Assembly: GCA_044236265.1 (NCBI GenBank)
Contig: JBIIGV010000031.1
Span: 1-26,659 of the forward strand
Source of the DNA: Oligoflexales bacterium
GTDB taxonomy: Bacteria; Bdellovibrionota_B; Oligoflexia; Oligoflexales; RGVZ01
Direction of reading: 5' to 3'
Length of the DNA stretch: 26,659 nucleotides
Positions 17,440 to 23,926 of this stretch are shown here, piece after piece (within the stretch, counting starts at the first letter, position 1; each line of letters opens with the position of its first letter). The notes beneath the pieces are model-generated. The model was given only the letters and a program-made list of their open reading frames with translations. It ran no database searches and was not told where the DNA came from. Both the position numbers and the translations under genes were made by a program.

Positions 17440-18471
17440 TCAGAATGAAACCGCCTCTACTGTTCTATCGTCTATGACTTTTGCTCGCATACGCATCTTG
17501 TTTGCCATATTTACCACTTGCACGGTTTCCCCAACCGCACCCTGGTCTATAGTTTTAGCCTTGGCCGCTATCTCAAGATCTCCCTTACGCACGATCATTT
17601 TTACAATTTGATTCCTGCCCACAGCCATCGGTGATTCAAGAAATCTTGAAGGCACCGGTTCACCTTGGGAAATGGAAAGTTTAACTTTCTTGCCAATCAG
17701 TGAGTCGGAAGTCTGAATAAAGTCATTAAGACCACGACGCATCGTGATCCAGGACTGGGTCACCTGAGATTCCCCAATAATTTGCCCAACCGGAATATGT
17801 TTTTTCAGGACAGGCAGATGACGATCAACCGAAAAAGTCACATGAGTTTGAATATTACTTTTGTCGTCAGGATCGGCAGGGTTATAAATTGAGATGGTGA
17901 AAGGACGATTTCCAACCAAGTTCTTCGACAGCCAATTCGGATCATCAAAGGCAATCCCTGCCAGGTCAGAGAAATCAAACGCCGTTTGGGTTGGACGAAC
18001 CTTCAAGGAAGGCGACTGAATTCTTTGAATTTGCACCCGAACCTGATCTTTTACTTCACGCAAACGTTCATTGATTGCGGACTGAAGTTTAACACGCACA
18101 TCATCCGTAGACAGATCTATCGATGAAGCCTCTACTCGGACAGATTCTGCGCCCGTCACCAAAAAATCAGCTTTGGGCCACTCTTTCTGCAAAACACCAC
18201 GAATAACGGCTTGTTGAATAAATTGCGATCGTCCTGGGGCAGGACTCGTAGCCACATCTATTCCTGTGATTTCCCGGCATAACGTCTTTAAACCTTCGCA
18301 GTTTGCAACATCTGAAAGATAGATTCGCGATCCAGAAACTGATGCTGTAGGGTTAATGTCAATTGTCACTGAGGAAGACTCCCCCGACGCAAATGATAAA
18401 GGAGATAGCCCTGCAATCAAATCCAGGACTGCAAGGCTGCTAAGTATCACGATGCGCAAGGCCCAATTCAT
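17440..18471 (-). CDS. flgA: P-ring formation chaperone FlgA (long form)
   Basis: Signal peptide, 'I.LSDVA...SPAPG' N-domain, SAF-like region and C-terminal 'V.RNQIV...GAVGETVQVVN'. Confidence 0.92.
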   Translation of the reverse strand: MNWALRIVILSSLAVLDLIAGLSPLSFASGESSSVTIDINPTASVSGSRIYLSDVANCEGLKTLCREITGIDVATSPAPGRSQFIQQAVIRGVLQKEWPKADFLVTGAESVRVEASSIDLSTDDVRVKLQSAINERLREVKDQVRVQIQRIQSPSLKVRPTQTAFDFSDLAGIAFDDPNWLSKNLVGNRPFTISIYNPADPDDKSNIQTHVTFSVDRHLPVLKKHIPVGQIIGESQVTQSWITMRRGLNDFIQTSDSLIGKKVKLSISQGEPVPSRFLESPMAVGRNQIVKMIVRKGDLEIAAKAKTIDQGAVGETVQVVNMANKMRMRAKVIDDRTVEAVSF

Positions 18472-18499
18472 GGCGGTCTTAACCCCTTAAAGCTACTAA

Positions 18500-19279
18500 T
18501 TAGCGAATCTGGTTGGTCGCCTGTAGCATTTGGTCACCTGTCGTAATGACCTTAGAGTTAATCTCATAGGCTCTCTGACCAGTGATCATGTTGACCATCT
18601 CTTCCACGATATTTACGTTTGAAGCCTCCAGTTGATTCTGCGCAATTCGCCCAACTCCGTTTTGATTTGCTGGACCTACAATTGGCTCACCGCTGGCACG
18701 GGTTGTTCCGAACAGATTTCGGCCAAGTGACGCGAGACCGGCAGGATTGATGAAAGATGCAAGCTGCACCTGTCCTATTTCTTGGGACTCGCCATTAACT
18801 TTGACGGTCACCACACCATCGATACCGACATGAAAATCGGTTGCTCCCTGTGGGATCACAACCTCAGGTACAAGTGGAAATCCGTCGGCCGTGACTAATC
18901 GACCGGAATTATCCTTATCAAAGTGACCATCACGGGTGTAAGCAATCGTTCCGTCGTCTTTTTGAATTCTAAAGAATCCGTCGCCTTCAATAGCTAGGTC
19001 CAGATTTCGCTCAGTTACGATGGCACTTCCCTCAGTAAATAGCTTGTCAACACTACTGAGCTTTGCACCGGCACCGATTTGAATACCACTTGGCACAACG
19101 GTACCCGTCGTTGCACTTTGTCCCGGAGCGCGTAGCGTTTGATAAAGCAGATCGTGAAAGTTGGCTTTTGATCGCTTGAATGCCGTCGTATTCACGTTCG
19201 CCAAGTTGTTGGCGATGGTATCAATATTGGCTTGTTGTGCTTCCATCCCCGTTGCAGCTGTCATCAATGAACGCATCAT
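18500..19279 (-). CDS. flgG: Distal rod protein FlgG
   Basis: Motifs 'ANNLANVNTTAFK', 'F.DLLYQ', 'YTRDG' and 'LEASNVNIVEEMVNMI..QRAYEINSK'. Confidence 0.97.
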   Translation of the reverse strand: MMRSLMTAATGMEAQQANIDTIANNLANVNTTAFKRSKANFHDLLYQTLRAPGQSATTGTVVPSGIQIGAGAKLSSVDKLFTEGSAIVTERNLDLAIEGDGFFRIQKDDGTIAYTRDGHFDKDNSGRLVTADGFPLVPEVVIPQGATDFHVGIDGVVTVKVNGESQEIGQVQLASFINPAGLASLGRNLFGTTRASGEPIVGPANQNGVGRIAQNQLEASNVNIVEEMVNMITGQRAYEINSKVITTGDQMLQATNQIR

Positions 19280-19305
19280 GATTGAAACCCCCTGTTATTT
19301 AAGAG

Positions 19306-20094
19306 TTAGGCGCGAACGACGCCAAGCTGGTTGTTGCTGATATCCATAATCTTGTCATAGTTGGTAATTGCTTTTTGGTAAGCCTCATATGAACGATGCG
19401 CAATGATCATTGATGTAAGATTTTTCATTGCGTTGACATTCGAACCCTCGAGCGATCCTTGTGCGATATTGGCATCCCTGTTGATCGCGCGACCAGATTC
19501 CGGACCGCCGTAAAACCAAAGATTCATGCCAGAACGCTCTAGTTGTTCGGCATCCTCAAATTTATAGACAGGAATACGATCAATGAGCTGGCTATTCTGG
19601 TAAACCTCTCCAAGACGATTTACCTCGAATTGGCCTGCCTTGACTGTGATGACACCCTTCTCGCCTAGAACCGGATGACCAGCAGGCGTCATCAACACAC
19701 CATCTGGACTAATCGATAGTTGACCGCTACGGGTGTAACGAAGGCCATCTTGGGTATTGACGGCAAACATCCCGTCACCCTCGATCATAAGATCGGTTGG
19801 GTTGCCAGTTTGAATTGCTGGACCTTGTGATTCATCGCGTTCAATTCCAGCTACACCAACATAGGCAATATCATTGCCATGTAGTGGGGACACTTTATCT
19901 AAATCTACTTTGTAGTTAGCAGGAGGAAGTGGTGACTTATAGTTTTTTTCAGGCTCAGGATTCAAAAGCTTGAACGTAATTGTGTCACCCTTGTAGCCAA
20001 CAGTGTTTGTGTTGGCGAGGTTATTGGCGATAATTTCCAAAGCTTTTTCCTGTGCCAGAGCACCGGACATTGGTGAATAAATCGCTTTCAACAT
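19306..20094 (-). CDS. flgF: Proximal rod protein FlgF
   Basis: Motifs 'ANNLANTNTVGYK', 'TGNPTD', 'YTRSG' and 'LEGSNVN'. ATG 20094 follows SD AGGAG, whereas the ORF-track start at 20139 overlaps the promoter. Confidence 0.9.
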   Translation of the reverse strand: MLKAIYSPMSGALAQEKALEIIANNLANTNTVGYKGDTITFKLLNPEPEKNYKSPLPPANYKVDLDKVSPLHGNDIAYVGVAGIERDESQGPAIQTGNPTDLMIEGDGMFAVNTQDGLRYTRSGQLSISPDGVLMTPAGHPVLGEKGVITVKAGQFEVNRLGEVYQNSQLIDRIPVYKFEDAEQLERSGMNLWFYGGPESGRAINRDANIAQGSLEGSNVNAMKNLTSMIIAHRSYEAYQKAITNYDKIMDISNNQLGVVRA

Positions 20095-20105
20095 GACGCA
20101 ATCTC

Positions 20106-20129
20106 CTGACGTAAAATATTTGACGCCAG
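20106..20129. promoter_or_regulatory. 24-bp imperfect palindrome (FleQ-box-like) in the flgF leader
   Basis: CTGACGTAAAATATTTGACGCCAG is self-complementary at 20 of 24 positions. Its core reads GTCAAATATTTTAC on the minus strand. Confidence 0.55.
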
Positions 20130-20138
20130 AATTTTTCA

Positions 20139-20155
20139 TGCATCATTCATGCCAA
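20139..20155 (-). promoter_or_regulatory. sigma54 promoter of the flgF operon
   Basis: TTGGCATGAATGATGCA has GG-N10-GC spacing, lies 45 nt upstream of the flgF ATG, and has an AT-rich region upstream. Confidence 0.75.
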
Positions 20156-20327
20156 ACGATTGGCAAAGAATAGGCCCCTTAAAGAGCACGCAGCAAAATG
20201 TATGAATAGCAAAAAGATAAATCTAGAAAATTTCAATTTTCCAAAATAAGCAAATGTCAAAAGACGGGTGAATTATTCAGGTAAAAATTGCCTGGCGTCA
20301 GAGTTTGATCGCCAAAAACTCAACACA

Positions 20328-20849
20328 TCACTTGTAAACATAAATTGTTTTGATGTCGACGACGGTTCCGGTGACTTTCACGTGAAACAAGCGAGTTCCT
20401 GGGAGCTTTTCTTTTTCGGCCTTATTGCCCTCACAGAAGGAATTTCCAACTGGTGAGGAACAGTCCAGACACTGATCCAGCGTGTAACCGGGCAGATCCT
20501 TCGACATTATTTTCTTGTAATCTTCAGTATCTCGCCCATCCATCATTGTCGTAATTGTGGAGTCGGTGCAAGAAACCTCTGCCAATTTATAGCTAGTACA
20601 GGCGCCAGTGACACTACTCGAGCGATCAAAAAACTTACCTTGATCAAGACACTTTTTGACTGCGGCCTTCAAATCCTCATCACCAATGTTGGCACCGCCG
20701 TAATTAACAGCCATAGCACTCGCTTTTACATTTGTCTGGGACGCCAAGCTCGATTTGCTTGACTTCAGACCTGCTGGCTCCTCAGGAGCTGCGCAGGATG
20801 TCATATGCGCAACAATCATTATCAGTTTAATAGATACTGTGATTCTCAT
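20328..20849 (-). CDS. Hypothetical Cys-rich lipoprotein
   Basis: ATG 20849 follows SD AAGAGGG. It has a signal peptide ending MTSC, a Ser/Ala linker and six further Cys. Confidence 0.7.
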   Translation of the reverse strand: MRITVSIKLIMIVAHMTSCAAPEEPAGLKSSKSSLASQTNVKASAMAVNYGGANIGDEDLKAAVKKCLDQGKFFDRSSSVTGACTSYKLAEVSCTDSTITTMMDGRDTEDYKKIMSKDLPGYTLDQCLDCSSPVGNSFCEGNKAEKEKLPGTRLFHVKVTGTVVDIKTIYVYK

Positions 20850-20869
20850 GGTGGCCCTCTTAAGAAAGG

Positions 20870-20897
20870 CCATCGGCCGACACTTGCCAAGACTTTA
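20870..20897 (-). promoter_or_regulatory. sigma28 (FliA) promoter of the lipoprotein gene
   Basis: TAAA-N16-GCCGATGG, with the -10 box ending about 20 nt before the ATG. Confidence 0.7.
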
Positions 20898-20998
20898 ACA
20901 AACCCGAAGAATTGTTAAATTATCTATTAATTTCATATGCTTAAAACGATCTCTTGAAGAGCTATTACAGCTTACGATCTCGTGCGTTACCACAGATT

Positions 20999-21029
20999 AA
21001 AAAGCTCCGGACCGAAGTCCAGAGCCTTT
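20999..21029 (-). terminator. Intrinsic terminator after flagellin
   Basis: GCUCUGGAC-UUCG-GUCCGGAGC-UUUUU, with a C(UUCG)G tetraloop. Confidence 0.9.
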
Positions 21030-21055
21030 CATTTAAAGTTTTAAGCGATCACTAA

Positions 21056-21979
21056 TTACTGGAGCAGCTTCAATGCAATCTGTGGCAACTGATTCGCCTG
21101 TGTGAGAACAGAAGCGCCAGCCTGCTGAAGAATACTTTGCTGCGTGAACTCTGCCGACTCAGCCGCAAAGTCTGCATCTTTGATTCGACTGCGAGCAGCT
21201 GACAAGCTCTCAATTTGGATGGCAAGGTTACGGTCCGTTGACTCTAATCGGTTCTGAAATGCACCCAGCGTCCCGCGGTACGATGCAATCGATTCCATCG
21301 CCTTATTGATTTGCATAATCGCACTTTGCGCCGATTGCTTGTTGTCAATACGCGTACCCTCGGAGTTGGCACTATTACCAAGGCCGAGTGAACCCTCACC
21401 GTCGGTCAGGGCATTAAACTTATCCATATTGACACGAATGATGTTTGTAGGATTAGCAGCCTCAAGGCTGTCAGAAACTCCGTAGTAATCCTTACCAACC
21501 TGAATTTCCAGAGGAGACCAATTGTGATCGCGACGGAGATCCTCAGCAAGCTCAGACGTTCCAGTCAAAAGTCGAGTTCCATTGAACTCAGTGGATATTG
21601 CGATACGATCAACTTCGTCTTTGAGAGCCATGAACTCTTCATTGAGGTAGCGGCGCTCGCGGGTTCCCAGGGTGTCAGACGCTGACTGCACTGAAAGCTC
21701 ACGAAGCCGGATCATGATGTTATTGATCTCGTCAAGACCGCCTTCAGCTGTCTGAACCAACGATACCGCATCGTTTGCGTTTCGGCGGGCCTGACCAAGG
21801 GATCTGACATCGGCTTTCAGAACTTCCGCGATCGCAAATCCAGCGGCATCATCTGCGCCATGATTGATCCGGTATCCAGATGCCAATTTCTCCGTCTGCT
21901 TTGCTGCAGCTTTTCCAGCAAGTCCCATGTGACGCTGAGCAGTAAGAGATTGGACGTTAGTGCGAATTCTTAAACCCAT
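21056..21979 (-). CDS. fliC: Flagellin (short, mostly D0/D1, 307 aa)
   Basis: Motifs 'MGLRIRTNVQSL', 'LASGYRIN..ADDAAG', 'RLRELSVQ', 'LGAFQNRL', 'SRIKDADFA' and 'QANQLPQ'. Confidence 0.97.
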   Translation of the reverse strand: MGLRIRTNVQSLTAQRHMGLAGKAAAKQTEKLASGYRINHGADDAAGFAIAEVLKADVRSLGQARRNANDAVSLVQTAEGGLDEINNIMIRLRELSVQSASDTLGTRERRYLNEEFMALKDEVDRIAISTEFNGTRLLTGTSELAEDLRRDHNWSPLEIQVGKDYYGVSDSLEAANPTNIIRVNMDKFNALTDGEGSLGLGNSANSEGTRIDNKQSAQSAIMQINKAMESIASYRGTLGAFQNRLESTDRNLAIQIESLSAARSRIKDADFAAESAEFTQQSILQQAGASVLTQANQLPQIALKLLQ

Positions 21980-22056
21980 GTCTCACCTCGTTTAGCGCTG
22001 TTTGCCTGCGAACAGTAGGACAGACCCATCTTCCACAAGCGATTTACACACCAGAG

Positions 22057-22695
22057 CTATTTCTTGACCTTATATGTTAAGAATACAAGATCTCCCTTCA
22101 ATACGGAAGAGACGGCCCTGAGGTGAGAGGGCTTAGTCAAGCCTAAATCTACAAAGCGAGGTGAATTGATACCTGCAATAATTAAGGGACAAAGAGTTAT
22201 TTTTGCGTAATCAACAAGGTCGTTTTGATAGAACATTTTGTTGATTGATCCACCACCAAATAGCAGGACGCGCGAGAGCCCTTCGGCGTCAAGGCGCTTC
22301 ATAAACTCTGGCAAACTTTTTTCATCAAATATCCAATTCTCCACGCCCATAGCCGCGCAGAGAGACTCCTGTACTGGAAAAGGAGACACAACAATCCTTC
22401 TAACGTTTTTCTGGCTCCAGAATCCTAGGCGCTCATCAAGTCCGCGGGTTGTAAATACAATCCATGCGGGGTTGATGCCACGATCGTTGCTGACAACCCA
22501 AGTAGAGCCGCTGGCGCGCAATGAATTGGCGCCCGTGATGACAGCATCTGCTTGCTGCAGTTGCTCCCGAACAAATTCTCGATCATCCATATTCGTAAAA
22601 TCATAAGCACGCCGCTCGCTATCACTTTCGAGGGCGTGCTTTCCAATCATTCCATCAAGGCTGATCGCCATGACGTTTGTGATTGTGACAGTCAT
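22057..22695 (-). CDS. RibD C-terminal / dihydrofolate reductase family protein
   Basis: Motifs 'MAISLDG.I', 'DAVITGANSLR', 'LLFGGG' and 'LVD...TLCPLII'. Confidence 0.85.
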   Translation of the reverse strand: MTVTITNVMAISLDGMIGKHALESDSERRAYDFTNMDDREFVREQLQQADAVITGANSLRASGSTWVVSNDRGINPAWIVFTTRGLDERLGFWSQKNVRRIVVSPFPVQESLCAAMGVENWIFDEKSLPEFMKRLDAEGLSRVLLFGGGSINKMFYQNDLVDYAKITLCPLIIAGINSPRFVDLGLTKPSHLRAVSSVLKGDLVFLTYKVKK

Positions 22696-22704
22696 TGAGA
22701 TTCC

Positions 22705-23190
22705 TTAATTAGGAAGAAGCAACTTGTTCACTTCGTCGGCAACTTCGCCTTCGTTGCGGGCCTCAGCAGCGCTGATTTCAGACACCACCATTCCCAGAGC
22801 TTTTTCCAACATATTCTTCTCACCAAAGGATAACGGCTTATCCTGCTTTAGAGAAGAGAGATCGCGCAATACTTCGGCCACGTCACTGATAGAACCGGTG
22901 CGAAGCTTGTCGTTAAACTCGCGGAATCGACGGTTCCAAGCTCGCTGGGACACTCGTCTCGGGGTTCTCAAGATTGAGTAAACAGTGCGCAGCGCACCTT
23001 CATCGGAAAGATTTCTCAGACCGATTCGACTGGTTGCGTTGGTCGGGACCATCAAGCGCGCCCCGGAAGAAATAATTTGGACAACGTAAAAGTCCATCTT
23101 AGTTCCAGCTACTTCCTTGGACTCAATGCCGGAGATCACTCCAACGCCGTGGGCAGGGTATACCGCCTTATCGCCAATGTTGAATGTCAT
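22705..23190 (-). CDS. carD: CarD/CdnL RNA polymerase-binding transcription factor
   Basis: Motifs 'F.IGDKAVYPAHGVG', 'LMVP...GLR', conserved Trp in 'WNRR', and 'LSFGEK.ML'. ATG 23190 is 7 nt after SD GGAGGT. Confidence 0.95.
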   Translation of the reverse strand: MTFNIGDKAVYPAHGVGVISGIESKEVAGTKMDFYVVQIISSGARLMVPTNATSRIGLRNLSDEGALRTVYSILRTPRRVSQRAWNRRFREFNDKLRTGSISDVAEVLRDLSSLKQDKPLSFGEKNMLEKALGMVVSEISAAEARNEGEVADEVNKLLLPN

Positions 23191-23258
23191 CTGACTTACC
23201 TCCAAATTCGTAAGCAGGTCTTATATCGAGGAAATGCGCCTGACCGGCTGACGCCTAT

Positions 23259-23287
23259 TAAATAGTCACTTCCGGCCAAAAAGTCAA
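23259..23287 (-). promoter_or_regulatory. Putative sigma70 promoter of carD
   Basis: TTGACT-N17-TATTTA. A second candidate, TTGACA-N16-TATTAA, lies at 23303-23330. Confidence 0.55.
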
Positions 23288-23390
23288 TCTATTTTAAAGG
23301 TTTTAATAAAATTACCCATAGAATTGTCAATTAACTGAATTCACAGGGGTTTCCAAGGGTCAAAATTGGCGATTTCTGTAGAGATTTCGC

Positions 23391-23419
23391 TTGCGTAGAT
23401 TATGAAGCTCCAGTAAACA
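23391..23419 (+). promoter_or_regulatory. Putative sigma70 promoter of rpsO
   Basis: TTGCGT-N17-TAAACA. Confidence 0.5.
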
Positions 23420-23515
23420 CCTTGTCCTTGGCCTATTTGCGGGCCCTGGGCCTATCTGCGGAGTTGGTGGATTGATCCAGATAAATTGCTCAACTCGATT
23501 TTAATGGAGTTAACC

Positions 23516-23785
23516 ATGGCACTGACAACAGAACAAAAGAAAGACATCCTCAAGAAGCACGCAACAGGATCAGCTGATACAGGCTCTCCTCAGGTTCAAG
23601 TCGCTCTTCTTACAACGCGTATCAACCAGTTGGGTGACCACTTTCAAAAGCACGTGAAAGACCACCACAGCCGCCGCGGCCTTCTTAAGCTCGTAGGCCA
23701 GCGTCGTCGCCTGCTCAACTACCTTGAGCGCAAGGATGCCGTCGCTTACAAGAAGCTCATCACTGAGCTCAATATCCGTAAGTGA
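23516..23785 (+). CDS. rpsO: 30S ribosomal protein S15
   Basis: 'DTGSPQVQVALLT.RI..L..H...H.KDHHSRRGLLKLVGQRRRLL.YL'. ATG 23516 follows SD GGAG. Confidence 0.98.
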   Translation: MALTTEQKKDILKKHATGSADTGSPQVQVALLTTRINQLGDHFQKHVKDHHSRRGLLKLVGQRRRLLNYLERKDAVAYKKLITELNIRK

Positions 23786-23826
23786 TAGGACAATTTGTTT
23801 AGATTTTTTGGCCCAAAAGTTCAGAG

Positions 23827-23865
23827 AGCGGAGGCGAAATTAAATTGCGCCTCCGCTTTTATTTT
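23827..23865 (+). terminator. Intrinsic terminator/hairpin between rpsO and pnp
   Basis: AGCGGAGGCG-N11-CGCCTCCGCT-TTTATTTT. Confidence 0.85.
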
Positions 23866-23926
23866 GGGACAACTGTAAGAACGAAGAATTACGAAAGAAA
23901 AGAGTGAAAGAAAGGATCCCATCGTT

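Noticed and set aside
21980..22056. GGCAAAC in the fliC leader suggesting a c-di-GMP-I riboswitch
   Set aside because: The GAAA-loop P2 stem and the GCAAAG/P3 elements are absent.
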